Virus record (IMG/VR): IMGVR_UViG_3300035162_002132
Source: a virus
Reading direction: 5' to 3' (one strand)
Length of the DNA: 64,000 bases
The notes below the pieces were generated by a model that was not told the origin of the DNA, did not search any database, and saw only the letters and a program-made list of their open reading frames with translations. Below, piece after piece: positions 21,788 through 31,633 of the stretch. The stretch's first letter is position 1. Each line of letters opens with the position of its first letter. The translations under genes were made by a program, and so were the position numbers.

Positions 21788-22015
21788 TCAACTCCATAGA
21801 TGATGCCACAAACTAAACACCCCATCTATCATCCATTGAAATACATTAATTCCAAATATTGGTAATAGGTGTCCTATTGAAAAACTGCATACACATGCTA
21901 TCATTCCCCATAGCCAAAATCTTGCTCTTAAAAACCATATATCAGCAGAATGCGCTCGCTGTAAATCATAGGCTAATGTAGATTCATCGAATCCCATTAG
22001 TATTTCTGAAACCAT
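21788..22015 (-). CDS. Small membrane protein
   Basis: Hydrophobic helices FWLWGMIACVCSFSIGHLLPIFGINVF. Confidence 0.65.
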   Translation of the reverse strand: MVSEILMGFDESTLAYDLQRAHSADIWFLRARFWLWGMIACVCSFSIGHLLPIFGINVFQWMIDGVFSLWHHLWS

Positions 22016-22024
22016 ATTTCAACC

Positions 22025-22444
22025 TCATTCATTAAATTGAGTTAAGAAAGTTGGGCTTAATGCATTATCGCTAGGTGTGACTGTTTGCATAAATGGAGTC
22101 TGTACTTCTCCATAGTTTTGTTGTTGGAATGTTTGGTTAAACTGACGTAGTGAATCTCTAACCCTCTTACGGTTTTCTTCTTCTCTAGCCTTCCTATTCC
22201 AGTATCCGTCTATGTTTCGCTTTAGCAAAAACTCCTCTATAATATCGTTTAAGAATAAATCAAATATTGCTTTCATTATCATTATCGCACCCACGGTTGA
22301 AATGCCAAAGAGTACGGCATGAGAGAATCCTCCATATGGAAAGTTAACTCCTACCATTTGGTAAAAGTATATGTTAACACCACTCATTGCGCCAACGAAT
22401 AATATAGTCATTATTAATCTTGTATCTGTATCAATACTAGGCAT
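22025..22444 (-). CDS. Two-TM membrane protein with coiled-coil tail (holin-like topology)
   Basis: Two N-terminal hydrophobic helices followed by charged RKAREEENRKRVRD. Confidence 0.65.
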   Translation of the reverse strand: MPSIDTDTRLIMTILFVGAMSGVNIYFYQMVGVNFPYGGFSHAVLFGISTVGAIMIMKAIFDLFLNDIIEEFLLKRNIDGYWNRKAREEENRKRVRDSLRQFNQTFQQQNYGEVQTPFMQTVTPSDNALSPTFLTQFNE

Positions 22445-22450
22445 AGATAA

Positions 22451-22735
22451 TCAACTCCAAGTGCAAGCGTATGTTCCGCCAGTACCACTTAGAATTGCAG
22501 TTACCCCTGTACCCATTGTTCTACCATGCATATCAAATTCAATAGTATTATTAGCAGTTAAAATTAATCTAGCAATCTCGTCTGCTGAACCAACAGTAGT
22601 ACTATTATGGTCGTATATTTTTAATGTTGCAGTTCCAGTAGAGCAAAAATGAATACTATTTAGTTTACATCGGCCATCATTTAATACTGCACTGGATGTT
22701 TTAACTGGGCTACCTGCTACTCCGCCGACCATCAA
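22451..22735 (-). CDS. Small beta-rich virion-associated protein
   Basis: 94 aa downstream of MCP; resembles small post-MCP phage proteins. Confidence 0.6.
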   Translation of the reverse strand: MMVGGVAGSPVKTSSAVLNDGRCKLNSIHFCSTGTATLKIYDHNSTTVGSADEIARLILTANNTIEFDMHGRTMGTGVTAILSGTGGTYACTWS

Positions 22736-23142
22736 TTCACATCCTTCTTAGTGTTAGTTTTCTTAGTAGTTTTCTTGGTAGGTGTTGCTTTCACCTCGGT
22801 TTTAATAGGAGTAATAGTTTCAACAACTGTTTCAACTATTTCTGCTACTTTCTTTTTAGAAACTGATTTCTTTGTAGGATAAAGGACGTTTAATACATCT
22901 CCACCTTCTTCCACATTGAAATGTTTTCTTATGAGTTTTAATCTATTTTCGGGCAATTCAGAAATCTCTTTCTTATCAGAACTAGTAAAGTCAACAATCA
23001 TGTTTTCGTCACCCAAGTATAATGATGCTATTCTAGCACACACTTCTACTGGTTCAGAATTGACTTTATGTATTGCCCCTTCCAATCCTCGTATCTCTAT
23101 TGCGCCTTGCGCTCTATGTCGCATTAATCTAATCATTGCCAT
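22732..23142 (-). CDS. Hypothetical protein with K/T-rich tail (start revised to 23142)
   Basis: GGAGG RBS before ATG at 23142; the longer ORF-track start runs through the intergenic hairpin. Confidence 0.65.
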   Translation of the reverse strand: MAMIRLMRHRAQGAIEIRGLEGAIHKVNSEPVEVCARIASLYLGDENMIVDFTSSDKKEISELPENRLKLIRKHFNVEEGGDVLNVLYPTKKSVSKKKVAEIVETVVETITPIKTEVKATPTKKTTKKTNTKKDVN

Positions 23143-23166
23143 AATTATTCCTCCGTATTTTAAAGG

Positions 23167-23208
23167 GTAGTATCCCCTACCCCGATGTTTCGGAGTAGAG
23201 GGTACTAC
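23167..23208 (-). terminator. Long hairpin after MCP gene (terminator/mRNA stabiliser)
   Basis: GUAGUACCCUCUACUCCGA-AACA-UCGGGGUAGGGGAUACUAC: 18 of 19 pairs including 2 G-U on the coding strand. Confidence 0.7.
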
Positions 23209-23234
23209 TTTACGTTTCACTTAAATTATCTTAA

Positions 23235-24626
23235 TTAAGCACTCTTAAGGTTGGTAATCTTACCTTGTCCCTTGAAGAAAGAACAACATGTTTCACCCAT
23301 AGTGCGGTACATTCCTTGATTACCAAGTTTACCAACACCGAATGGATTTCCACTAGTGATACCATCTTCGAAGTATTGTGTAGGTTTCATAACAGACAAC
23401 CAAAGATGGTCTGTATCAAGAATCAATATATCGCTAATCCTGTTTGCTGTTTGCTTACCAGTTGAAGGCATATCTTTAGCAGGGATAATTGGTATATCGT
23501 AGTAGGTTGCCACTCGGAAACCAACTTCTGTACCTTTAACACCACGAACACCATTATGAGTAGGAACAATTTCTTTCCTATCCATGAATCTCTCTTGTGC
23601 TTGTAACAAGTCAGAGAGTTGCTGTATAGTATCGTATCCAGTAATGATAACTTTAGGATTTCCACCGTTTTGGCGGATTTTACGAATCATATCATTCATA
23701 ATACTTAGTGTTAAAACTCTACAATTACCTGCTGTATAATCAGTACCGAAGTCAACTTCTGCATCTAAGAAAGAAGCAGTACCAACGTATGTGTGACTAC
23801 CTGCACTACCACCACGAGTAATAGTTCTATCAGAGCCATATATCAAACTAGCATCAGCAAGTTGTGCTACTGTTCCGTTTGAAGTCTGATTGAAATCAAA
23901 CACGTCATCCAGTGCCATTTGTGCTATTTCCGCAGCAGAAGAAACTATCTTCAGTAATGAAGTATAATTTTTATCTATGTCACCTGTTGCTGTTTGTGCA
24001 TATGCCTCAAGAGGCATAACTAACATCTTGCTTTGTACTTCAGCGTGTAACTTACCCATATCTTCTCTAACGATAGCGCGAATATCTCCGACACCATCAT
24101 CAATAGCAGCAAGTTCCATTCCAAGTTCTGAGAACTCAAACAGATGCGCTACTGTCTTAGGGCTAACATATAGTTTAGTGTATTCCGGTGCTAAAGCAAC
24201 GAAACTACCTGAACCAATTACAGCGTTTTCTCCGACTCCACCAATTGTATCTGCTCTTGGTGTTGCTGCGTTTGCAGATGAAATATTTGCGCTTACAGCG
24301 TTTGAACCAAGTGCGAAAGCAGAACCTGAACCACCAATAGGTCGGCTCTTTAGTACTCTCCAACCTGAAGATGTGTATGGCCTCTTAGCAATCATAGAAA
24401 GAGGATTAACTTCTTGGTTTAACATTGACCATACTTTCTGTCCGTAAAGAACGTTGTATAAGTCGCCTAGACCTGCCGCAGCAGTAAAGGGATTAGATGC
24501 TCCATCGTGCGGAGTACCGAAACCACCAACAACTCCACCCGCTTTGAGTAGAGCGTTACCTGAGTTTCCGCCGTATCCGTATGTTGCCGCTTCTAAATCT
24601 TTCATTGTTTTAATGTATCCTGACAT
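23235..24626 (-). CDS. Major capsid protein (HK97 fold)
   Basis: Follows protease; VSPKTVAHLFEFSELGMELA, GFRVATYYDIPIIP, FKGQGKITNL motifs typical of archaeal HK97-type MCPs; highly-expressed codon usage. Confidence 0.9.
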   Translation of the reverse strand: MSGYIKTMKDLEAATYGYGGNSGNALLKAGGVVGGFGTPHDGASNPFTAAAGLGDLYNVLYGQKVWSMLNQEVNPLSMIAKRPYTSSGWRVLKSRPIGGSGSAFALGSNAVSANISSANAATPRADTIGGVGENAVIGSGSFVALAPEYTKLYVSPKTVAHLFEFSELGMELAAIDDGVGDIRAIVREDMGKLHAEVQSKMLVMPLEAYAQTATGDIDKNYTSLLKIVSSAAEIAQMALDDVFDFNQTSNGTVAQLADASLIYGSDRTITRGGSAGSHTYVGTASFLDAEVDFGTDYTAGNCRVLTLSIMNDMIRKIRQNGGNPKVIITGYDTIQQLSDLLQAQERFMDRKEIVPTHNGVRGVKGTEVGFRVATYYDIPIIPAKDMPSTGKQTANRISDILILDTDHLWLSVMKPTQYFEDGITSGNPFGVGKLGNQGMYRTMGETCCSFFKGQGKITNLKSA

Positions 24627-24628
24627 AA

Positions 24629-25819
24629 TTATTCACCTCTTGTTAATGCGTGTAAGTCGTCCCAAGACATATCAGCCGCCGCTTCCATACTTGTTGGGAA
24701 GCCCGCAGGTAATGTCATAGACACTTCTTGTGCTTTCCTAATCTCGCTGTTTCTTTCTGTTAGAGATTTGCGTAGTTCAGCAAATTCTGTTTTCAGAGCC
24801 GCTACATCATCACGAGCATCATATTCTGCTCTTTCTGCCATAGACTTTTTTACAGATAGTTCGTTAGTAAACCTTGACTCGAACTCTTTACTTAGAGAAT
24901 CGTAAGCCATTGCTTCCATTCTTTCTGACTTGAATTTAGTATATGCCTTCTCGACATTCTCAACACTTAAATCAAGAGTAGAAAAATCAACATTTTCTAA
25001 TCCTTTAGATACTTTAAGAGGAGCAGGTGTTGCTACTGGGTTTCCACCAGTTACTACTTCTTCTCCTGCTTCACTATGTACCAAATCTATGTCAAGAGCA
25101 GCAAGTTTAGAATCTTCATCTTCTTCTTCTCCCTCTGCCATTTCTATATCTTCATCAGGCTTATCATCCATATATGCCATTTCGTTCTTCGTTACTTCGT
25201 CATCAATTTTTGTCCCTCCGAGTCCGTTGACTTGTTTCATCAAGTCATTCAACTCTTCGAGTGCTTTTTCCAAATTTTCACTCATCTTGTTGTCCTCCAT
25301 TTTTAAAATGTCGAATTTTGCTTCAGGATTAATACCCTTTTCACAGATAGTTACTTCGTGTAACTCTAATCTGTCTATCTCATTATACTCACCATATTCA
25401 TCAGAAGTCTTTTGCTTCTTTGATATAGCCTGTCCTCCTATACTAAAAGAACGAAGTGTTCCCTTTCTAATACCTCTTGAGATTTCTTTTGCTTTCTCAA
25501 TGTCATCTCTTAACTTGATAACAACATAGAACCCTACCTCATCTACTGCTGTCTTATGTAATACACCGTAACTATCTCGGTATTGTTCTACAACTTCTCC
25601 AACTTGTACATTAGAATGATTAGACATTACATTTCTGTATTTCTCATCAGACATGTATTTCTTAACTGCATCATTTAACGCTGCTAGTGTGATTAAGTCG
25701 TTTTGTTTGTCAACAATTTCTATGGAAGCATAACCTCCAATGATTAAACTATCCGACTTAAGAATAGTAAATTCATGAGAAGCCTCTGCCTTAAGTAAAG
25801 GAGATTCCATCATCAACAT
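24629..25819 (-). CDS. Prohead protease fused to scaffolding domain
   Basis: IIGGYASIEIVDKQND, MSNHSN (His), LRSFSIGG (Ser), LHEVTICEKGINPEAKF; acidic coiled-coil C-terminus. Confidence 0.9.
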   Translation of the reverse strand: MLMMESPLLKAEASHEFTILKSDSLIIGGYASIEIVDKQNDLITLAALNDAVKKYMSDEKYRNVMSNHSNVQVGEVVEQYRDSYGVLHKTAVDEVGFYVVIKLRDDIEKAKEISRGIRKGTLRSFSIGGQAISKKQKTSDEYGEYNEIDRLELHEVTICEKGINPEAKFDILKMEDNKMSENLEKALEELNDLMKQVNGLGGTKIDDEVTKNEMAYMDDKPDEDIEMAEGEEEDEDSKLAALDIDLVHSEAGEEVVTGGNPVATPAPLKVSKGLENVDFSTLDLSVENVEKAYTKFKSERMEAMAYDSLSKEFESRFTNELSVKKSMAERAEYDARDDVAALKTEFAELRKSLTERNSEIRKAQEVSMTLPAGFPTSMEAAADMSWDDLHALTRGE

Positions 25820-25869
25820 TACAATTAACTTTTCTACTCTTACTATATTAAATAACAGTAAGATTAGTT

Positions 25870-28470
25870 CTATTCAGGGCTTGGGAAGCCTAATACAGCA
25901 TATGTATCTTCGGTTATATTCCATTTGTTAGGATTATCTTTATCATCTAACATCTCTTGTTTTTTACCTGTCCAAGCAATCCAACTTTTTTTCTCATCTA
26001 AAGGTACTACTCTAAAGTGCATTCTAGTCTCAAACTTATCACCATCTAAACGATACTCATGATAGCCATCTTTTTGTATGCCTAATTCAATTACTCCTTT
26101 ATCTAATACTTTCTTAGACTCTCCAATTTTTTTAGAGATAATAGCAGGGAACTTACCTGATTTACCGAATAGAGAATAGATGTCATTACTACCTTCTATG
26201 TCTATTGTCCAAGCCATACGTTCTTCTTTATAGTCTATAATCAAATCCACATTACCATCTTCTCTCAACACAATAGTATATTCACCCATGTTGTCTTTCT
26301 TTACTAATTCTTCAACATCTTTCTCTAAAATGTCTTCTCTAGCAGTAAACTTATTTGGGTGTAAGTAAACTAAATCTTCCTGTTGTTTCATCCATGCCAT
26401 TAGTTTACCATCATTTGAATCAAACAAATCTGCAAACGCTCCTTGGTACTTATCTACCACAAAATCTAATATTTTACTAAAGGGTAGGTTGTCTCTACCA
26501 CTCTCTAATATTTCATTTCTAATTGCTAATCTAAACACAGAACGTTTACTTTTCATTATGTCAGCAACTTGTTCTTTCCAAATATCTATGTTATGTAATG
26601 CATTCTTTTGCATTAGGTTGTCTCCTTCAAAACCATAAATAGTAAACCCATTTAGGTCTTCTTTTAGAATTATCTCAGCAGTACCGTGTGTGTGGTCAGT
26701 AATGTAATATCCTTTCTTGACTTTCTTACTACCTGCTCTTGGATTTGCTAATCCACTAGTAACTTCAAACATATCGCTAACGTTATTACCAAATGAATAT
26801 GACATAGCACTCAAAGATTTCTTAGTTTTACTAGCAAGTTGTTCTAATGTTTCAACAGAATCAGAATGCGTAACTTCAGGTATTTCAATTACTTTAGCCG
26901 AAAATAGTTTGAATCCGTCTTTTCCTTTCTTTACTTCATCAACCTTAACTCTAACAATACTACCTAACTTTACAGATTGTTTAGTGTTTAGTGCTTTACC
27001 AACGGGTAAGTAATCTTTATCTTCGTATTCTACTGTTTTGTAATTTCTAGCAGTATCAGCATTAACTGGCCCAATACCCATTGTGTAAGAGTGTAAGTTA
27101 CTTTTTGTTTTCTTAGCGTCTAACACTACAACGTCTAAATCAACAAACTTCTTCCACTTTATCCACTTAGGATTTTTCTTAACCCCAATATAATATGTTG
27201 ATTCTATATCTTTAATTACGACTCCTTCTGATGCAGGAAGTTGCATAATCTCCTTTGCATATTCTTCTACTTCTTTAATAGAATCAGCAACTCTAGTATC
27301 TTTTTTAGATGGGAACGCTAAATGCTCTGAAGAATGTTGGGAGTATTGGTAAAGTAAAATATTGTGTCTTTCTCTCAATGTTTCATCTGCAATATTCTTA
27401 CCTTCATGAACCATTATATCAAAGACATGCGCTCTTAATTCTCCACCTTTCTTGTTCTTGAAAACGTGTGCAATAGTATCTGCTCTATGTAATGGTTCAT
27501 CTTCCATGAACAACATTAATTCTCCATCTAATATACAATCATTGAATGATTTCTTTTCAAGAGCCTTAACTTGTTCAGGACATTTATCGGTAATATCTTT
27601 TTCATTAAATGAATAGATTTTCACCTTATTGTTGAACTTATGGAGTTGTATTCTCATACCGTCATATTTTTCTTGAACAATATATTCTCCCGTTAGCCCT
27701 TTAATTTCTTTTAAATCATCAATTTCGAATATCCTATACATTGGTTTGTTAGGGATTATAAAATCAATAGATTGTTTTTCATCTTCACTTTTTGCAATGT
27801 CTAAATCTACTAAACTATCCCATTTATCTTCACTATATTCAGAACCATATACTTCTTGTAATAATTTATATGCACCCTTAAACTTGGATTCTATTCTTCT
27901 AGAGTCGCCATCTTCTTTCCCATAATGTTCTATGATGTAAAGTGGAATATCCTTTGGCTCTAAATCTAAACCCATGTAATTTCTAGTTATCTCATCGGGC
28001 TTCAAATTAAGACCTTCCCATGCTTTATCAGGAAGAGGATTAGCATGTGAACGTAGAGCATAATGTATGAATGCAGCAAACATTGATTTGTCTTTTAATA
28101 AACTAGCAATTACTTTATCTCCTAGTTGTTTAGAGAAAGGGTCACTAACAGAATTTGATTTAAATCTCATTTCTTTTATTGATTCATATAATTCTTTAGC
28201 CTGTCTAGACTTAGGGTTATATACTTCGTCAGAATATGCTGTGTCTTCTTTAAGATATACTTTGAGTTCTCTACTAAAATCATCTATGGTATCAAATTGT
28301 TCTCTAACTTCTTTGACAGTTTTCTTCCATGAATCACTATATTCATCAGGGTTTTCTCTTGCAGAAAGATAAGAATACCTAACACGCTCAAAGAAATCCA
28401 ATACTTTCTTAGTCATAGTGTTGGTTTCTTTTTCAAAAGATAACCCTGTTTGTGGCATATGACCCCTCAA
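25870..28470 (-). CDS. lig: ATP-dependent DNA ligase with N- and C-terminal extensions (probable start 28458)
   Basis: Motif I QEKYDGMR, III LDGEL, IIIa VFDIM, IV EGVVIK, V KWIKWKK, OB domain DLDVVV. Confidence 0.9.
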   Translation of the reverse strand: MRGHMPQTGLSFEKETNTMTKKVLDFFERVRYSYLSARENPDEYSDSWKKTVKEVREQFDTIDDFSRELKVYLKEDTAYSDEVYNPKSRQAKELYESIKEMRFKSNSVSDPFSKQLGDKVIASLLKDKSMFAAFIHYALRSHANPLPDKAWEGLNLKPDEITRNYMGLDLEPKDIPLYIIEHYGKEDGDSRRIESKFKGAYKLLQEVYGSEYSEDKWDSLVDLDIAKSEDEKQSIDFIIPNKPMYRIFEIDDLKEIKGLTGEYIVQEKYDGMRIQLHKFNNKVKIYSFNEKDITDKCPEQVKALEKKSFNDCILDGELMLFMEDEPLHRADTIAHVFKNKKGGELRAHVFDIMVHEGKNIADETLRERHNILLYQYSQHSSEHLAFPSKKDTRVADSIKEVEEYAKEIMQLPASEGVVIKDIESTYYIGVKKNPKWIKWKKFVDLDVVVLDAKKTKSNLHSYTMGIGPVNADTARNYKTVEYEDKDYLPVGKALNTKQSVKLGSIVRVKVDEVKKGKDGFKLFSAKVIEIPEVTHSDSVETLEQLASKTKKSLSAMSYSFGNNVSDMFEVTSGLANPRAGSKKVKKGYYITDHTHGTAEIILKEDLNGFTIYGFEGDNLMQKNALHNIDIWKEQVADIMKSKRSVFRLAIRNEILESGRDNLPFSKILDFVVDKYQGAFADLFDSNDGKLMAWMKQQEDLVYLHPNKFTAREDILEKDVEELVKKDNMGEYTIVLREDGNVDLIIDYKEERMAWTIDIEGSNDIYSLFGKSGKFPAIISKKIGESKKVLDKGVIELGIQKDGYHEYRLDGDKFETRMHFRVVPLDEKKSWIAWTGKKQEMLDDKDNPNKWNITEDTYAVLGFPSPE

Positions 28471-28979
28471 GCACTTGTCGTTGGAGGGTTTACTGAACTT
28501 CTACCACTAGCGGTTGTTCCCATGTCCATCTCAATAAGAACTCTAACAGCCTCATATGCTTTTTCCGCCGAACCTGTTCTTCCTTGTTTAAGTTCAGCAG
28601 TAGCCATTTCTAATTCTTTAAGTGCATCTTTGTAGGCTGCTGATTCCATTAGGTTATTTTCATTTTGTTCAAACGGAGAAGCATCATTTCCCATAGGAGA
28701 ATATTTTTCACCATATTGTTTGATTAACGATTCTAATGCTGATATTACACTCGCCTTAGTTACCTCATTAAGTTTATTTTCCTTTCCTTCAACATTACTT
28801 GTCTTAGGTAGAGATTCTTCTGATGGGTTTTTCTTAGGTCTACTCAATGTAATATCTTCACCAGTTAACGGCTCATCTAGTTTTAATGTACCTAGATGTG
28901 CTGCTTCTTGCAATACTTCTTTCGCTTTTCGTATAGTCAATTCGACTATTTTTTCTTCCCATGTTACTCTCTCCGGCAT
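28467..28979 (-). CDS. Hypothetical head-region protein
   Basis: 170 aa ORF, coupled. Confidence 0.7.
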   Translation of the reverse strand: MPERVTWEEKIVELTIRKAKEVLQEAAHLGTLKLDEPLTGEDITLSRPKKNPSEESLPKTSNVEGKENKLNEVTKASVISALESLIKQYGEKYSPMGNDASPFEQNENNLMESAAYKDALKELEMATAELKQGRTGSAEKAYEAVRVLIEMDMGTTASGRSSVNPPTTSA

Positions 28980-28985
28980 ATTATT

Positions 28986-29216
28986 TCACTCCATTTCTTT
29001 TACTAGTTTGTGTATGTCATCCCAACCCATACTCTTGTTGATTGTACTTCCACCGACAATATTTCTACTATCCATAGTAGGGGAAGGGGAATCATATACA
29101 ACGTATCCTGATTTCATTAATAGATTGTCTTTGTGATATACTGCGTCTTCTAAAGACCTTACTTTATCAACTAATTCTTTCAGTAGCATAAGCATCTCAT
29201 TGTTTTCTTCACTCAT
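28986..29216 (-). CDS. Small head-region protein ending in scaffold-like helix (start revised to 29216)
   Basis: GGTGA RBS before 29216; C-terminus MGWDDIHKLVKEME resembles scaffold end MSWDDLHALTRGE. Confidence 0.7.
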   Translation of the reverse strand: MSEENNEMLMLLKELVDKVRSLEDAVYHKDNLLMKSGYVVYDSPSPTMDSRNIVGGSTINKSMGWDDIHKLVKEME

Positions 29217-29301
29217 TATATTCACCTGACTTTATATCATTTATAGCAATTAACATGTCTTCTCTAATTCTTTGTCTTAGAACTATTTTCCAGTCTATCA
29301 T
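29209..29301 (-). CDS. 30-aa microprotein MIDWKIVLRQRIREDMLIAINDIKSGEYNE (not in ORF track)
   Basis: AGGAG RBS upstream; fills the gap; W-x-x-V-L-R tag variant. Confidence 0.5.
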   Translation of the reverse strand: MIDWKIVLRQRIREDMLIAINDIKSGEYNE

Positions 29302-29344
29302 GTAACTCCTGCTCCTTCGTGTAGTGGTCTAGTTCAATAATGTT

Positions 29345-29695
29345 TCACTTGTCATCTTTTTTCTTATTCTCAGGATAAACCATCTTTCTTAATTGTCGGT
29401 ATAGTGTTTCATAGTCTTTCCTCAACTCTGATGCTGAAGCAAGTATCTCTAGATTCTTCTCATCAAACCCATCTACTTGCTTACTCAATTTCTTATCTGA
29501 TTTTACTATATCAATATCTTTTAGTTCACTAATTAAATCAGAGAGTTGTGTCATCTCTTGACCCATAGCATTAGTTGGTTGAGACTTCTGTAAAAGTTTC
29601 TTAAGTTTTTTCTTCTTCTTAGCATCTATCTTTTCAATAAATACAGGTGAGAAGTAGAATCCTTCTGCTTTAATAATATCATCAAACCACGTCAT
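29345..29695 (-). CDS. Tagged head-region protein (MTWFDDIIK)
   Basis: N-terminal tag; ATGA overlap. Confidence 0.75.
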   Translation of the reverse strand: MTWFDDIIKAEGFYFSPVFIEKIDAKKKKKLKKLLQKSQPTNAMGQEMTQLSDLISELKDIDIVKSDKKLSKQVDGFDEKNLEILASASELRKDYETLYRQLRKMVYPENKKKDDK

Positions 29696-31395
29696 TGAGA
29701 TGCCTCCGGTGTCTCTTCAGATGTAGGTTCATCTAATGATTGTTGTTGTGTAGGTAGGTTTTCTAGAACTCTATCTAGTACTTCTATTTTATTTGTTAAT
29801 ATAGGAAGTTGTTCGTCATAGTATTCTATCCATTCCCTAAGTAACTCTTTATCGTCTTCTATGTCATCTTCATCAATATTATGAGGATTACTACCATCAA
29901 CCAATTCTTGTAAGGAAACTTTAAAATTATCTGTTCTTGTTTGATAATCCTGTATTAGTTCTAACAACTTATCTTTAGTTGTTGTAAATAGTCTAATTTG
30001 TTGAGATGGATTTTCAGGTAAGTTTCCTGATTTAGCATCTTCTGCTAGTCCCTTAACCTTACCACTAAACTCATTTAATTTTTCTTCAAGTGTTTTCGAT
30101 TCTTCTAATGTTTTAGGGCCAAGATACCTATCAGGATATTTAGTTCCCCGTACTCCAAACGTAGGGGCATTAACTTTAGCCGGTGTTTTTGTTCTTTTAG
30201 TCTCAGCATTAGGCGCAAACTTACTAGGGTCTTCTTCATATAATTCCCAAGCAGTATCTAAATGTGGAAAGTCTCTATTCATTTTAAGCGAAGAACCTCT
30301 ACGTTTATTTGCTATTCTTTTTGCTGATTTTAACCTGCTCTCTTTTAATCTACTAAAGTCACCAGTTAAAGTATTGATTCTAATCAAGTATTCTAAAGCA
30401 TCAAATTGCTTTTCCAACTCTCCCTTTCTTTCTCCTTCACTCATCTTTTCATTAGCGGTATGGACTATATCAGGTACTAAACGATAAATCATCCTAAGAA
30501 TATTATCAGAATTAAAGAACAACCTGTAATGGTCGGCAGGGTCTGCACTTTTCGTTTGTATCAATTCAGTTATTTCATCAACAAACTTATCCACATCTAA
30601 AGAATAATATTGTTCTACTCCTTTTATACCTGCTTCTAACTCTCCTGTTTTTCTCACTGGTATTCTAGCAAATTGATATATTTCTAGTAGAACATCAATA
30701 CTAGATTTACCATTATATTCTCTAACTTCTGACCATGAACCATCTTCATACCTATTTCCTCTAGGAATAAATAGAGCAGAAACATCCGCCTTCAACCTAC
30801 CTTTGCCTTCAAGTAAGTATTCTTGCATTAGTTTTGAACTAGATGCAAGATTTTTTCTCATGTTATTTATTGTATTTTTAGCCTTAGCATTATTACCATA
30901 CTTAGACCAAGTTTCTAATAGCATCTTAAGTTGTTTTGCAAACTCTATACTTTTGTCTGTTCTAACACCCAAAGCCATTTTTATTTTTTCTAATGGTTTG
31001 TCATCTCCTTCGAATAAGAAATTATACAGTTCGCTTTCATCTTCTTGTAAATCTCTTAAATCAAAACTACTTCCTTCTCTCAGTCTTTCTAAACTACTAA
31101 CTTCAGGTTTTAATGTTCTTTCCACAGCATTAATTTTATTTATGAACTTCCTCTTACCCTTTTCTAAAGCAACAGCATCTAAACCACTAGGCTTACCTGT
31201 AAAAAACCCACTTCTCAAAATATTATCTAAGTTATCATTTGTTCTTGACTCTACTTCTAATAATTTATCAGCCCGAAATAATATACTTTTATCGAACTTA
31301 AACTGTTCATTTTTATTCGCAGCATCAAACGCCCACCAAACATCAGCATGGATTTCAGACCCATCTGCTTTAATTAAGACATTCATGAAAGACAT
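29692..31395 (-). CDS. Large tagged head-region protein (MSFMNVLIK), 567 aa
   Basis: GGTGA RBS; variant tag. Confidence 0.75.
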   Translation of the reverse strand: MSFMNVLIKADGSEIHADVWWAFDAANKNEQFKFDKSILFRADKLLEVESRTNDNLDNILRSGFFTGKPSGLDAVALEKGKRKFINKINAVERTLKPEVSSLERLREGSSFDLRDLQEDESELYNFLFEGDDKPLEKIKMALGVRTDKSIEFAKQLKMLLETWSKYGNNAKAKNTINNMRKNLASSSKLMQEYLLEGKGRLKADVSALFIPRGNRYEDGSWSEVREYNGKSSIDVLLEIYQFARIPVRKTGELEAGIKGVEQYYSLDVDKFVDEITELIQTKSADPADHYRLFFNSDNILRMIYRLVPDIVHTANEKMSEGERKGELEKQFDALEYLIRINTLTGDFSRLKESRLKSAKRIANKRRGSSLKMNRDFPHLDTAWELYEEDPSKFAPNAETKRTKTPAKVNAPTFGVRGTKYPDRYLGPKTLEESKTLEEKLNEFSGKVKGLAEDAKSGNLPENPSQQIRLFTTTKDKLLELIQDYQTRTDNFKVSLQELVDGSNPHNIDEDDIEDDKELLREWIEYYDEQLPILTNKIEVLDRVLENLPTQQQSLDEPTSEETPEASQ

Positions 31396-31404
31396 TATAT
31401 CACC

Positions 31405-31632
31405 TTAAAATGGAATATTTTCTTTTCTATTTTTTTGCTTCTTTGGTAGTAGAATAACATCAGGAATGCCTGAAGCGTTTGGTGTTTTCTTTTCAACCGT
31501 AGTATTCTTATCAATACCACCAATAGAATAGTCTCTACTAACAGTAACTTTACTACGTTGTTCACTACCTTCTTTAATTCTAGCCGCTTTTAATTCTCTT
31601 TCTAATTCTCTTACACTTTTATATTCTGTCAT
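31405..31632 (-). CDS. Small basic hypothetical protein
   Basis: 75 aa ORF, coupled. Confidence 0.65.
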   Translation of the reverse strand: MTEYKSVRELERELKAARIKEGSEQRSKVTVSRDYSIGGIDKNTTVEKKTPNASGIPDVILLPKKQKNRKENIPF

Positions 31633-31633
31633 A

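Noticed and set aside
22331-22340. TCCATATGGA palindrome resembling the dyad core
   Set aside because: Inside a CDS, with no ACAAAGT/ACTTTGT arms or TATA box; likely chance
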